This document shows positions 9,408 to 19,130 of a stretch of DNA of 64,000 bases, piece after piece. Positions within the stretch are counted from its first letter, which is position 1; each line of letters opens with the position of its first letter. A program made the position numbers and the translations under genes. The stretch is from positions 16,876-80,875 of IMG/VR virus record IMGVR_UViG_3300035092_000015; one strand, given 5' to 3'. The notes beneath the pieces were generated by a model that worked only from the letters and a program-made list of their open reading frames with translations, had not been told where the DNA came from and ran no database searches. This DNA is from a virus.

Positions 9408-9682
9408 GGCAGGTCCTGCTCCGGCGGGCCGGTCTCACCCTCGTCCGCCTCGTCCGGCGGTTCGGGGGTTGGGGCGGTGGCGACGTCACCAGCGGGGTCG
9501 ATGTCGCGCCAGCGGCTGTCGCCGGGGCGGGTCCCGCCGTGTCCGAGCGGACCCTCATATTCGGCTAGCCACGTCTTGGCCTTGTCCAGCCAGGGCGTGG
9601 CGTCGCCTGGCTGGATCCCACGGGCGATGCTGTTGAAAAGCCCGGCGGCCCGCTCGAGCAGGTCCTGGTCCTTGCTATTCAC
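9404..9682 (-). CDS. hypothetical protein
   Basis: operonic overlap with neighbours; RBS-like GAGG. Confidence 0.6.
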   Translation of the reverse strand: MNSKDQDLLERAAGLFNSIARGIQPGDATPWLDKAKTWLAEYEGPLGHGGTRPGDSRWRDIDPAGDVATAPTPEPPDEADEGETGPPEQDLP

Positions 9683-10184
9683 CCTCGTCCTCCTTGCCCG
9701 GGTTCAACACCCGCTCCAAACCGGACTGGATCGCCTCCAGTTCGTGACGCAACTCGGCCTCGCTGATCCTATCGGTCTGGAACACCCGGCGGGTGTAGTC
9801 CGCCCAATGCCGGACCCCCACCCGCAGCCGGGCCACTTCCATGTCCGACAGCCGGTCAGCCGCCAGCCGCAGCGTCGTCGCGGACAGCTCAACATCGCCG
9901 TCCTCGTCCAGCGTCCCCTGCGCGGTCCGCGAGACGTACAACGCCCGCATCACCTTGCGCAGCGCCTCGTCCTGCTCCGGGTTCGCGACCTCCAGCCCGG
10001 TGATCCGCAGTTCGACCGACCGGTCCTTGTCCTCGTCCGGGGCGGGTTCGTTGCGGACTGCGTGCTTCAACTCCCCGACCACCATGATCCGGGCGCCCTG
10101 GTTGCGGTACAGCCGGTCGGCGTAAAGCTCGACCGCCTCCTGGGCGGAGGTGGACGGTTTGCCGCTGATCTTAACGGTGGTCAC
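9675..10184 (-). CDS. hypothetical phage protein
   Basis: AGGAGG RBS; downstream of a predicted promoter. Confidence 0.75.
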   Translation of the reverse strand: MTTVKISGKPSTSAQEAVELYADRLYRNQGARIMVVGELKHAVRNEPAPDEDKDRSVELRITGLEVANPEQDEALRKVMRALYVSRTAQGTLDEDGDVELSATTLRLAADRLSDMEVARLRVGVRHWADYTRRVFQTDRISEAELRHELEAIQSGLERVLNPGKEDEGE

Positions 10185-10214
10185 GACTGGTTTCCCTCCT
10201 GGATGGTTCCCGCA

Positions 10215-10243
10215 AGCAAAACATGTGTCACACTGGATGTCAA
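10215..10243 (-). promoter_or_regulatory. leftward promoter TTGACA-N17-TTTGCT overlapping a 19-bp operator-like site
   Basis: reverse strand TTGACA tccagtgtgacacatgt TTTGCT; 10224-10242 is identical to 26136-26154. Confidence 0.65.
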
Positions 10244-10900
10244 TCAGGCGGGGTCGGGTTCAAGACTCCAACACGGGGTCACCCGCGCCAACGCCCGCGA
10301 CTGCTGCCGGTCGACCTCGGTGAACGGATGCTGCAGCATCGCCGCCGCGATCGCACAACACACCGCCGCCTCGGCCAGGTTGTGATCCGCCTGCCCGTTC
10401 GCCCGGTCGATCTGGAAGAACGGCCACTGCTCCCGGACCGCCTTGACCATCCTGGTTTTAGCCACCGCCCCCGACCCCAGCTGACCCGTCCCGGTTGCGT
10501 AGATCTTCAACTGTGGCGACGGGGCGATATACACCGGGATCCGGTCGGTCAGCAGAACGTCGATGATCAGACACCACATGTACGACCGTTCGATCTGCCC
10601 CCCGTACGATTGGGCCATGTCCAGCCCCTCGATGCACACCGCGTCCGGTTTGAACCCAGCTGCGTACCCGCCGATCTGCAACGCGAGTGCGGTCAGCTTC
10701 GGGATCCGTATCCCCCACGGCTGGATGGTCAGTTTGTCCTCGCCGAACAGACGGCATTCGCCGCTGGACAGCGCCACCCCGGTTGCGCGCAGCGACATGT
10801 CGATCCCGGCTGTCCGGATCGCGGGCTGGCTCGAGCGAAGCGGCAGGATCTGTGCGTCTACAGCCGGGCGTTCGATGGTAGCAGCGGTCTGATCGGCCAT
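10244..10900 (-). CDS. ruvC: RuvC-like Holliday junction resolvase
   Basis: AGIDMSLRATGVA, VCIEG, PQLKIYATG.G, DHNLAEA. Confidence 0.85.
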   Translation of the reverse strand: MADQTAATIERPAVDAQILPLRSSQPAIRTAGIDMSLRATGVALSSGECRLFGEDKLTIQPWGIRIPKLTALALQIGGYAAGFKPDAVCIEGLDMAQSYGGQIERSYMWCLIIDVLLTDRIPVYIAPSPQLKIYATGTGQLGSGAVAKTRMVKAVREQWPFFQIDRANGQADHNLAEAAVCCAIAAAMLQHPFTEVDRQQSRALARVTPCWSLEPDPA

Positions 10901-11583
10901 CGCCCGTCCACTCCTTCTGTCGGTTTCTGGTTCTTGCGCAGGTACTCGGCGAACGACGCGTCCTGCTTCTGCTTCCACTCGACCTGCAGCTGGTGCAGCT
11001 GCGGTACCGTCAAGCTGCCCAGGGCGGGGTAGAGCCGTCCGATCCGCCACACCACCCGGGCGGCTGCGAACGCATCATAGGCCGACCCGTGTGCAGATGC
11101 AGCATCCCAGGGGATCCGGTATTGGTTCGCGAGGGTCTCGAGCTTACGGCTGCCTTTACGGTACGGGTCGACTGCTTTGTCCAGGACGAACGCATCCAAC
11201 GCGAAGATCTGGCACCGGTCGGTCAACGGCGCCACCCCGTACAGGCGGCAGTTCCGGTCCAACATGGTCAGGTCGAACGGGACGTTCATCCCGACCAGCG
11301 GGGTGTGTTCGTCGACCATGATCGACAGGACCTGGCACAACGCCTCGAGCGTCTCGGCCGGGTCCGCGCCGTTCTCCTTCAGGAACTGCAGCGAGATTTT
11401 GTGTATCTCATACCCACCGGGCGGGTCAGTCAGACCCGGGTGCAGCAGGTATTCGGTGGTTTCGGCGGGCGGGGCGGTCCGGGGGATATTGATGACCGAC
11501 GCCGACAGGATCAGATCCCGCTCGGTGTCGACACCGGTCGTCTCGCAGTCGAACCCAACCATCGGCCCGTCGGTCCAGGTCAT
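10858..11583 (-). CDS. DnaQ-like (DEDDh) 3'-5' exonuclease
   Basis: GFDCETTG, VGMNVPFDLTML, AHGSAYDA. Confidence 0.9.
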   Translation of the reverse strand: MTWTDGPMVGFDCETTGVDTERDLILSASVINIPRTAPPAETTEYLLHPGLTDPPGGYEIHKISLQFLKENGADPAETLEALCQVLSIMVDEHTPLVGMNVPFDLTMLDRNCRLYGVAPLTDRCQIFALDAFVLDKAVDPYRKGSRKLETLANQYRIPWDAASAHGSAYDAFAAARVVWRIGRLYPALGSLTVPQLHQLQVEWKQKQDASFAEYLRKNQKPTEGVDGRWPIRPLLPSNARL

Positions 11584-11933
11584 CGCCGGACCCACCCGGC
11601 TTGGCGCAGCCCCTCGAACAGCTGCTCGGCCGGTTGGTGCCAACGCATCCACACCTGGCCGTTGGTGTATGCGCTGGTCTGGGTGGGGATCGGGCCTTGC
11701 CGGTCCAGGACCATCCTGGACAGTTCGACCTGCCATCCGCCGTCCGCGTCCATGTATCGGCGTCGAACCTCGACCATCGGCCCGTCGCCCGGGTCGTCCT
11801 CGTGCGGGAACAGCACCACCCCGTCGCGGCCGTCCGGCAGGGCTCCGGTGGTCCGCTGGACGTGCCACAACTCATCGGCGTTGGACATCTCGCTGGCCGT
11901 CTCGTAGACCGGCAGCCACAGGGTGATCTTCAT
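11580..11933 (-). CDS. hypothetical protein
   Basis: ATGA overlaps at both ends. Confidence 0.6.
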   Translation of the reverse strand: MKITLWLPVYETASEMSNADELWHVQRTTGALPDGRDGVVLFPHEDDPGDGPMVEVRRRYMDADGGWQVELSRMVLDRQGPIPTQTSAYTNGQVWMRWHQPAEQLFEGLRQAGWVRR

Positions 11934-12148
11934 GCCGCGAACCACATGAACAGGTGGATCAGCCCGAACACGCACGCGACCGGGATCAAAGTGACCAGCC
12001 CGATCACGGAGCCAGCGTCCAGCTTCGGACGCCACCACTCCCACGAACACAGGCACCGGCCGGCGTACCGCAGCTGGTCCTGCCAGACCCACAACAACAT
12101 CGGGCCGACCACAGCCACGACCGGCAACATGAGATAGAGGGCGATCAC
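11930..12148 (-). CDS. small membrane protein
   Basis: two hydrophobic helices; GTG start overlapping the upstream stop. Confidence 0.55.
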   Translation of the reverse strand: MIALYLMLPVVAVVGPMLLWVWQDQLRYAGRCLCSWEWWRPKLDAGSVIGLVTLIPVACVFGLIHLFMWFAA

Positions 12149-12423
12149 TTTTTCCTCCGGTACCGTTTGGCGTCGGGGCAGGTTGCGAAATGCGGCAGGT
12201 GCAACGTCCCCGGGGTTTTGGTCGCGATCTGGGTGTTGGTCAGGACCACCGCGAGCGGCGAGTCGAGCCCGGTGTCGCGCAGCTGAATGTTGCCCTTCGG
12301 GTCGGGGTTGGCCTCGACCAGCATTCGGTCTCTGCTGGTCGCGGCCCACACCAGCTGGGCGTCGGTGCATTTCGCCGAGTCGCACCACGGCCCGACCGGG
12401 AACCGGCTACCGGTCAGATCCAC
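12145..12423 (-). CDS. small zinc-binding phage protein
   Basis: CxxxxC...PDPKGN...HFATCP pattern common in actinophages. Confidence 0.7.
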   Translation of the reverse strand: MDLTGSRFPVGPWCDSAKCTDAQLVWAATSRDRMLVEANPDPKGNIQLRDTGLDSPLAVVLTNTQIATKTPGTLHLPHFATCPDAKRYRRKK

Positions 12424-12769
12424 CGTCGTCCCCGTCCAGTTCGGCTGCGATCTGCCCGTAGCGGCGTTGGTACACCTCGACCAGCGGTTCGGCCTTCTCC
12501 CGCTCCCACCAGCTGTTCAGATATATCAAGGTCCGTTCAAACTCGGCCCGTTCGACGAAGATCGCGCTGTGCACGACCCGGCGCAGCGGGTAGGCCGGGT
12601 CGGGGCAGCTGCCGATGAAGATCCCGACCTTTCCGTCCTCCATGATGGCCGACCACATGATCTTCGTGTGGTTCTCCTCCGCCAGGTGGGCGAAAAGCTC
12701 GTACGCGACGGGGAACCCGTCGGGCTGCGCTTTACCGTCCCAACCGAACGGGGCAGGTTCACGAGCCAT
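12407..12769 (-). CDS. hypothetical protein
   Basis: ATG at 12769; protein-like composition, in operon. Confidence 0.6.
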   Translation of the reverse strand: MAREPAPFGWDGKAQPDGFPVAYELFAHLAEENHTKIMWSAIMEDGKVGIFIGSCPDPAYPLRRVVHSAIFVERAEFERTLIYLNSWWEREKAEPLVEVYQRRYGQIAAELDGDDGGSDR

Positions 12770-13991
12770 GACGCGACCCCAACCAGGGCAAGAACCCCTC
12801 AAGCTCGACGGCGGTCGCCCGAGCCAACTCGCCGGGCTGCCCGCGCCACTCGCCGTACAACTCCCGCAGCTTCGACATAGACCACTGCCGGGCGCCGGCC
12901 AACGTCGCGACCTGGTTCCACAGGGCCATACGGTCGGGGGATGGTGAACTCGACGGTGCGGGTGAGGAGGTCGACGAACTGGTTGATCCCGGTCCGGCAG
13001 TACCGGCAGGGGCAGCGGCGTTGCCCGACGGCGGCGGGTCGGCGAGCGATGCCCGGCGGGACTGCCACGCTTGCCGCAGCGCGTCCACCTGCTCCGGTTG
13101 GAGCTTGCCGATGTTGTCCTGGATGTGGCCGCTGACCTGCTTGAGCTTGTCCAGTGTGTCCGCCTGGGCGATCCCACGCCACAAGCTGTTGAAGTCCCAT
13201 GTGTCCTCGGCGGGGGTTGCGGCGGCGGGCAGTGCGAGCGGTTGCGGGCCGGGCTCGAGCGCGGGGGCGGGGCGGGCCTCCAATGCCGGCGCGGCGGGTG
13301 CGCCGAGCAGCGCCACCGCCGGGGTCATGTCGATGTGCAGGACCGGGACCATGAACCGGGAGATCATCGTCTTATCTGGGTTGCGCGGATCCGGGACCTC
13401 CGCCTGCCGTTCCTCCATCTCCAGCCGGGCCGGGATGTGGCGGCCCAACGCAGTCAGCAGATCCACCGCGCCGGGCAGTTCGGCAGCCGCGTTGTACCCG
13501 TGCGACTCCAAACGCCACACACCCATCCCAGGGGTGTCGGCGAGCATCAAGGACACCCGGGTGGTCGGTTTACAGCCGGCTTGTTTCTTGTCCGCCGGGT
13601 CCGGCCCGCAGACACACGGCTGGTCCTCCAAAAGCTCCCGCAGCCCGTCGCAACGACGGGAACACCGGCCGTTGGTCCACTGCTCGTAGTATTGGCTGCA
13701 GGCGTTCGGCGGGACGATGACCTGCAAGCTGGTCTTGTCGATCACCACCTGGTGCTGCAGGGCGCCGTGGTCGGGTTGCCACGGTTCAGGTTCTCCGCCG
13801 TACACCAACGCGACCTGTTGGATCAACGTCTCGGACCGGGAGGTCAGCCGGAACCGGTCGAGTTTGACCGGCTCCTTGTATTCCTTGCCGGCGCGGCTGG
13901 TTTTCGGGCGGCTGGTGCCGAGCCGGATCCGGCCCACTTCGACCTGCCGCGCCTGCACGTCGGCCAGCCGGCGGGGGGTAGGAAGCGTCAT
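12759..13991 (-). CDS. Gp3-like / recombination directionality factor-like protein
   Basis: GRIRLG..PVKLDRFRLTS, RRCDG, CKPTTRVSLML, GVWRLESHGYNAA.EL. Confidence 0.8.
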   Translation of the reverse strand: MTLPTPRRLADVQARQVEVGRIRLGTSRPKTSRAGKEYKEPVKLDRFRLTSRSETLIQQVALVYGGEPEPWQPDHGALQHQVVIDKTSLQVIVPPNACSQYYEQWTNGRCSRRCDGLRELLEDQPCVCGPDPADKKQAGCKPTTRVSLMLADTPGMGVWRLESHGYNAAAELPGAVDLLTALGRHIPARLEMEERQAEVPDPRNPDKTMISRFMVPVLHIDMTPAVALLGAPAAPALEARPAPALEPGPQPLALPAAATPAEDTWDFNSLWRGIAQADTLDKLKQVSGHIQDNIGKLQPEQVDALRQAWQSRRASLADPPPSGNAAAPAGTAGPGSTSSSTSSPAPSSSPSPDRMALWNQVATLAGARQWSMSKLRELYGEWRGQPGELARATAVELEGFLPWLGSRHGS

Positions 13992-14368
13992 GTGTTACGC
14001 ACCGCCTCGAGGGTCTGTTCGAATGTCGGCTCGTGTGGTTTGCGGTTGACCTCGCCGACCAGCGTCAGCCAGGCGGCGAGCCGGAACGCGGCGGCGCTGT
14101 CGAGCTTCCGGCCGGACGGGTTGAGCAGGATGGTGGTCTGCAGGCCGGTGCTGCCGACCATGAAGTCGTTGGTCGCGTCGACCGGGGTGGCGAACTTGGC
14201 GGTCTGCAGCCGCAGACGTTCGACCTCGGTATTCTGGTAGCCGGTGTACCCGCTGCGAGCCTGCGCCGCAGCCTTGTCCACGACGCCTTTCGGGGGCGGT
14301 TCGGTGTACACCCCATGCACCACCGCGCCGTTCAACCCGATGTCTGACACTAGCACAAACACATCCAT
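13988..14368 (-). CDS. hypothetical protein
   Basis: GAGG RBS; in operon. Confidence 0.65.
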   Translation of the reverse strand: MDVFVLVSDIGLNGAVVHGVYTEPPPKGVVDKAAAQARSGYTGYQNTEVERLRLQTAKFATPVDATNDFMVGSTGLQTTILLNPSGRKLDSAAAFRLAAWLTLVGEVNRKPHEPTFEQTLEAVRNT

Positions 14369-14379
14369 GGCGGTTCCTC

Positions 14380-15756
14380 TCAGAACGGCAGCGGCTCGTC
14401 CAACAGAGCCAGCTGTGGCGGGCCGATCTTGAACTTAGACGACATCGTGGCGGTGGTCACCGACCCGGCGGCTTTGATCAACTCCGCGTTGGCGGCGAGG
14501 TCAGCCGCGATCGCCGCTTGGACGCGGGCTTTCTGCGCCTGCGCGACCGGCGCCAGCGGCAGGTCGGGCAGCGGCGGTTCCTCCTCGGACAGCCAGGAAT
14601 CGAGCGGATCCGGCCCGTTCGACATGTTCTCGGTGCCGGCGAAATGCTCCTGCGCAGTCCGGTGGACCCCATGCGGGTCGCCCATCTCACACAGATAGCA
14701 GCCCGGCTCGAGAGCCAACTCGATTGCCTCTTGGACCGCCGCGAAGTCCACCCCAGCCGGGTCGTCCTCCGCGACATCCATCACGGCCAGCGCCGCGTCC
14801 GACACCTGCGCCCGGATGGGCATCTGATCCAACGGCGGATCGAACGGCTTCTTCCCGATCCCGGTGATCCACCGGTACGCCGTCAACACCCCCAGGAACG
14901 CGTCGAACGCACCATCGTCCGACAACATCGCCTTGAACGTGTACGATTCCGGGCGCAGCTGCAACACCGCCCGCGCCCAGGTCGACGGCGCCTCGAACTC
15001 CTGCCCGTCCGACAACATCGCCACCTGGCACCGCTCGTACGCTACCGCCTGCAACGGCATGTCGTAGTACAGCCGCTCGTCCGGCTTCTCCCGGGTCTTG
15101 TAGTCCACCCGGATAAGCTCCGCGTCCCCACCGCCGACCCGGTCCAGGAACTCATCCGCCCACCGCGACGCGCCCCGCCGGACCCACACCGCCCCGTCCG
15201 ACGTGCCGGCGTAGCCGTGCAGGCGGTTCAACAACGTCACCTCGGTCTGCTCCCACGAACCGGCCCCATCCGGGCCATTCGGGTGTAGACCGTAGTCGGT
15301 CACCCACTGGTGGAACTGGTCCATGTACGGGCGGACCTCCGGACGGATCGAGATCTGCGACCCACCCCCGAGAATCCACGCGTTGATCGCCTCGTGCACC
15401 TCCGTCCCCTCCTGCGATCGGCGGTTCGACTCCGCCTCATGCCGCCACGCGACGCGGCGCCACCAGCAACGTTCGCACCGGCCACACGGGCAACGTTCGC
15501 AGGTCTGGCCCCGGCCGTGTTTCAGGTAGCACTTGTTGAACGTGTTCCCGCACGCTGGGGTCATCTGCGCAGCCCAGATCGCCGGCAGGTTGTCCACCGC
15601 ATAGTCCGCCGCGACCATTCCGGCCCAGATCTTCAACGCCGCCTTGTCCACCAGGTCCAGGATGGTGGTGACCGAGTCGAACCGTTCATTGGTCAACGGA
15701 TGCACGTAGTACTTGCCACCGGCTGGGTTGGTCTGACGGTTGGCCGGTTCAGCCAC
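14380..15756 (-). CDS. PD-(D/E)XK (Cas4/RecB-like) exonuclease with zinc-finger insert
   Basis: SVTTIL, GTEVH, YAGTSD, VDYKT, LQAVAY. Confidence 0.82.
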   Translation of the reverse strand: MAEPANRQTNPAGGKYYVHPLTNERFDSVTTILDLVDKAALKIWAGMVAADYAVDNLPAIWAAQMTPACGNTFNKCYLKHGRGQTCERCPCGRCERCWWRRVAWRHEAESNRRSQEGTEVHEAINAWILGGGSQISIRPEVRPYMDQFHQWVTDYGLHPNGPDGAGSWEQTEVTLLNRLHGYAGTSDGAVWVRRGASRWADEFLDRVGGGDAELIRVDYKTREKPDERLYYDMPLQAVAYERCQVAMLSDGQEFEAPSTWARAVLQLRPESYTFKAMLSDDGAFDAFLGVLTAYRWITGIGKKPFDPPLDQMPIRAQVSDAALAVMDVAEDDPAGVDFAAVQEAIELALEPGCYLCEMGDPHGVHRTAQEHFAGTENMSNGPDPLDSWLSEEEPPLPDLPLAPVAQAQKARVQAAIAADLAANAELIKAAGSVTTATMSSKFKIGPPQLALLDEPLPF

Positions 15757-15943
15757 TGGACAGCTCCTGTTCGAACAGACGGTGCACGGCTGCGGCGGGG
15801 ATCCGCCACCGCTTGCCTGGACGGATGGCCTCGATCCGGCCGGTCCTAGCCCAATCGGACACAGTCCGGCGGGACAGGCGCAGCATCTTGGCGACCTCGC
15901 CGGTGGTGTAGGTGCAACGTTCGCGTGGCGGGTGGTACGTCAT
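15749..15943 (-). CDS. excisionase-like HTH_17 DNA-binding protein
   Basis: YTTGEVAKMLRLSRRTVSDWARTGRIEAIRPGKRWRIP. Confidence 0.88.
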   Translation of the reverse strand: MTYHPPRERCTYTTGEVAKMLRLSRRTVSDWARTGRIEAIRPGKRWRIPAAAVHRLFEQELSSG

Positions 15944-15971
15944 CGGAGGTGGCGCTCCTGCGGGTCCGGTG

Positions 15972-16511
15972 TCAGGTCACGTGGCTGACTGGGGTGGCGG
16001 TGCCGATCCAACTGTGGATCTGCCCGTCGGTCACCACCGGGTCGGCGGTGTTGGACAGCAGCCACTCCTGGGCTGCTGCCTTGCGGGCCTGCTCGTTCTC
16101 GGCCCGAACCCGTCTCTGGTTGGCCGCCCCGGTGATCTCATACCGGGAGAACCGGTCCCACCGGTGTTGCCCGATCCGCTCCTGGTAGTGCTCGTCACGT
16201 CGGCGCAGCCAACGCTGCGCCAACCCGTCCAACACCCAGTACGACCGGTCGGACAAGGACTGCCACAGCAGCGACAGCACAGCCACGGTCGGGCGGATCA
16301 GCCGCTGCGGTGCCGGTTCGGATCGGGTCCGCAGCAGCGCACCGAGTTCGTCTTCCAACAGCCGCAGCTTGTAATGCGCCAGAGTGGCCTCCACCCCCGA
16401 ACCGATCGTGTACACCACGGCCAGGACCGGCAGCCAGTACACGCCGGTCAAGAGCGCGGCGACGATCAACACGGACACGGCGGGTACGGTACGGACCAGC
16501 CAGGACAACAT
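15972..16511 (-). CDS. membrane protein
   Basis: GGAGG RBS; two N-terminal hydrophobic helices. Confidence 0.65.
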   Translation of the reverse strand: MLSWLVRTVPAVSVLIVAALLTGVYWLPVLAVVYTIGSGVEATLAHYKLRLLEDELGALLRTRSEPAPQRLIRPTVAVLSLLWQSLSDRSYWVLDGLAQRWLRRRDEHYQERIGQHRWDRFSRYEITGAANQRRVRAENEQARKAAAQEWLLSNTADPVVTDGQIHSWIGTATPVSHVT

Positions 16512-16525
16512 CGGAACCTCCGGGG

Positions 16526-16789
16526 TCAGGCCGCTTGCTGCTGGGGATTACTGTTCTCGTGCACGCGCAGCCAACGACGCGGCACTTCGTGGGTGATGTA
16601 GACCCGGGACTTCGAATCGGTCACGTTCCGGTTGATGATCTCCATCATCTCGTCCCGAATAGCAACGAAGGTAGCGGGCGGGTCGCCGCCGCGCCGCTTC
16701 TGGATGAACTCGATCGGGTCGCACCCGAGACGAGAGGCGACCAGCTGGTACAGCGGCCGGTCGGCCAGAGGTGTGGGGGTATCTGCCAT
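16526..16789 (-). CDS. small putative DNA-binding/regulatory protein
   Basis: first gene of the leftward arm, leaderless behind TTGACG-N18-TTTGCT. Confidence 0.65.
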   Translation of the reverse strand: MADTPTPLADRPLYQLVASRLGCDPIEFIQKRRGGDPPATFVAIRDEMMEIINRNVTDSKSRVYITHEVPRRWLRVHENSNPQQQAA

Positions 16790-16883
16790 CGGTCAAGCAA
16801 ACCACGGCAAAGTGAAACCCGTCAAGCAACCTGGCGTGGCACGTCGCTTGACACACCAGCTGTGGGTTGGTATGCTCGGACCC
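16790..16883. promoter_or_regulatory. divergent promoter pair with four operator half-sites at 12-bp period
   Basis: rightward TTGACA(16848-53)-N17-TATGCT(16871-76), ATG 7 nt later; leftward TTGACG-N18-TTTGCT, ATG 6 nt later; GTGAAAC-5-AAGCAAC-5-GTGGCAC-5-TTGACAC. Confidence 0.75.
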
Positions 16884-17240
16884 ATGACCCTGACACCGAC
16901 TGACCCTGCCCTGCCCACCGCCCACGACCTCGGCCTGCAACGGTTCGACGAAGTCATCGCCCGTCTGGAGCAGCTGGGCTGGCGCCGCCTGCGCGTCGAC
17001 ACCCTCGTGTGGGAGGCCGACCAAGCCAACCACCCCCGGGCGCTGCCCACCGTCCGGCACCACTACGACCACGGGGTGTGGGAGCTGTACTACGAACTGG
17101 ACCGGTACTGGAACCACGACACCAAGCCGTTCTCGATCGCTCGGCTCGACCAGGCCGACCTGCCCACCGTCAACCAGGTGCTGGCCCAGCTGTTCGGCAA
17201 ACACCTGCGTCGGTACGTCACAACCCAACGCAGCGCATGA
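16884..17240 (+). CDS. hypothetical protein
   Basis: leaderless ATG after a near-consensus promoter. Confidence 0.7.
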   Translation: MTLTPTDPALPTAHDLGLQRFDEVIARLEQLGWRRLRVDTLVWEADQANHPRALPTVRHHYDHGVWELYYELDRYWNHDTKPFSIARLDQADLPTVNQVLAQLFGKHLRRYVTTQRSA

Positions 17241-17467
17241 TCCAGGAGCTTAGCGCCGTCGAACGGACCGCGCTGCACATCGTGGTCGAAGGCGCCAAAA
17301 CCGCCGTCGAGATGTTCCAGGAACAACCAGCCAAAACCGCCGACGGGACCTTGGTCGACGACACCACCTGCCGTCAGATCGCGCTGCTCGCCGCGAACCT
17401 CACCCACGCCATCGCCTGCTACCCCCACGTCCTGCTCGAACTCGCCGCCCAGGAGGAACCGACATGA
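17237..17467 (+). CDS. hypothetical protein
   Basis: ATGA overlaps at both ends. Confidence 0.65.
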   Translation: MIQELSAVERTALHIVVEGAKTAVEMFQEQPAKTADGTLVDDTTCRQIALLAANLTHAIACYPHVLLELAAQEEPT

Positions 17468-18513
17468 CCCGAGGCACCATCCAAGTCATCGCAGGCGGAC
17501 AGTACGGATCCGAAGCGAAAGGCGCCGTCGCCGGCTACCTGGCCGCCGAACAGGAACAGATGCTCGCGATCCGGGTCGCTGGCCCCAACGCCGGACATTC
17601 GGTGGTCGACCCGATCACCGGCGAGAAGTACGCCCTGCGGCAGATCCCCGCCGCCGCTGTTACCAACCCCGGCGCGTCGCTGTGCATCGCCGCCGGATCC
17701 GAGATCGACCCGTACGTGCTGCACGAAGAGATCGCCTGGCTCGAACGCGGCGGGATCCACGTCAAGGACCGGTTGTTGATCGACCCGGCCGCGACCTGGC
17801 TCACCCAGGACCACAAAGACCGCGAAATCACCGCCGGGATCGTCGGGCGGATCGGGTCCACCGGGAAAGGGATCGGCGCTGCCCGCGCCGCCCGGATCAT
17901 GCGCGAAGCCCGCACCGTCGGACAGCACCGGTCCGAGTTCGAACAGTACGGACACATCGGGTCCGTTGCTACCGCCGCCCGGTCCGTACTGCGCGGCGGG
18001 GCCACGGTCCAGATCGAAGGGACACAAGGGTACGGGTTGGGGCTGCACGGGGAACACTACCCGCAATGCACCTCCTCGGATTGCACCGCGTTGGATTTCC
18101 TGCAGATGGCCCGGGTCAACCCGTGGGAAGCCGACCAGCTGCAGGTGTGGCTGGTGTTCCGGCCCTACCCGATCCGGGTCGCCGGCAACTCCGGATATCT
18201 GTACGGCGAGACCAGCTGGGAGGCACTCGGGCTGGCACCGGAGATGACCACCGTCACCAAGAATATCCGCCGGGTCGGGCAGTGGGACGGCGGGCTGGCG
18301 TACGCCGCGATGCAAGCCAACGGTGGGTCGCGTGTCGTGTGGCCGGTGCTGACCATGGCCGACCAGATCGACCCTGCCCTGGCCGGGGTGACCGACTCTG
18401 ACACGGTGCTCGGGTCGGATCTGCTCGGGCAGTTCCTGAAGATCTTCGAAGCCGACGTCGGGCTCGAACCGTGCATGATCACCACCTCCGACCGCACCTG
18501 CGTGAGGCTGTGA
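17464..18513 (+). CDS. purZ: PurZ0-type succinoaminodeoxyadenylate synthetase (PurA homolog)
   Basis: GGQYGSEAKG (Ser in place of PurA Asp13), GPNAGH, IGSTGKGIG, EGTQG, YPQCTS, TTVTK..RRV, TMAD (GTP-type). Confidence 0.85.
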   Translation: MTRGTIQVIAGGQYGSEAKGAVAGYLAAEQEQMLAIRVAGPNAGHSVVDPITGEKYALRQIPAAAVTNPGASLCIAAGSEIDPYVLHEEIAWLERGGIHVKDRLLIDPAATWLTQDHKDREITAGIVGRIGSTGKGIGAARAARIMREARTVGQHRSEFEQYGHIGSVATAARSVLRGGATVQIEGTQGYGLGLHGEHYPQCTSSDCTALDFLQMARVNPWEADQLQVWLVFRPYPIRVAGNSGYLYGETSWEALGLAPEMTTVTKNIRRVGQWDGGLAYAAMQANGGSRVVWPVLTMADQIDPALAGVTDSDTVLGSDLLGQFLKIFEADVGLEPCMITTSDRTCVRL

Positions 18514-19088
18514 TGGCCAAGAAGAAGCTCCCCCTGCAGGTCGCCTGCTCGACTTGCCACCGGCAGTACAAACCCCGACCCAACAACACCCTGCCCCGCC
18601 ACAAAGACGGACTGCGGTGGTGCCCCGGCAGCTACCAGCCGCCCGCCGCACCCGACGACAACGCCACACCCGGCGGCAGTGGGTTTGCTTGGCTGCCCAC
18701 CCCCGAACCGATCCTGATCGAAGTGCCCCGAGTCGGGGCGAAAGCACAACCACTGGCCGATTGGTGGGCCGCCCGCGCCCTGGCCGAGATCGAGATGGTC
18801 GTGGCGAAAGCCGTCGAATACGGCGCCACCGACCTGCGCGACCTGGGCTACCAGATGCTGGACATGGCCGGGCGGCGCGAGCAGTTCATGGACCCGGAGG
18901 ACCTGCACTACAGCGACGCCTACGCCACCGAGGTCGGGATCGTCTTCTACGCCCAAGGGAAACTCGCCCGCGCCGTGGCCGCGATCAAAGAAGGCCGACG
19001 GCCCTCAGTCGATACCTGGCTGGACCTCGGGGTGTACGCCCGGATGGCCCAACGGGTCCACGACCGAGGCGGCTGGCCCGGTGTCTAG
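18513..19088 (+). CDS. MazG-like/DUF1599-type all-alpha nucleotide pyrophosphatase with N-terminal Zn knuckle
   Basis: KAVEYG..DL, GKLAR, DTWLDLGVYARM; coupled to purZ. Confidence 0.6.
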   Translation: MAKKKLPLQVACSTCHRQYKPRPNNTLPRHKDGLRWCPGSYQPPAAPDDNATPGGSGFAWLPTPEPILIEVPRVGAKAQPLADWWAARALAEIEMVVAKAVEYGATDLRDLGYQMLDMAGRREQFMDPEDLHYSDAYATEVGIVFYAQGKLARAVAAIKEGRRPSVDTWLDLGVYARMAQRVHDRGGWPGV

Positions 19089-19130
19089 CCGGCACTGGTT
19101 CGACCCGATCCCCGCCTGCATCTACTGGGT

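Noticed and set aside
14380-15756. Cas4 as part of a CRISPR-Cas locus
   Set aside because: No array or other cas genes; it sits in a phage recombination module as a stand-alone exonuclease.
12759-16789. Evidence of an integrated prophage boundary
   Set aside because: Excisionase-like and RDF-like genes are present, but no integrase, att site or host gene is visible, so lifestyle cannot be determined.
17464-18513. Ordinary host-type purA indicating a bacterial chromosome segment
   Set aside because: Catalytic Asp is replaced by Ser, the protein is short, and the context is entirely phage-like.
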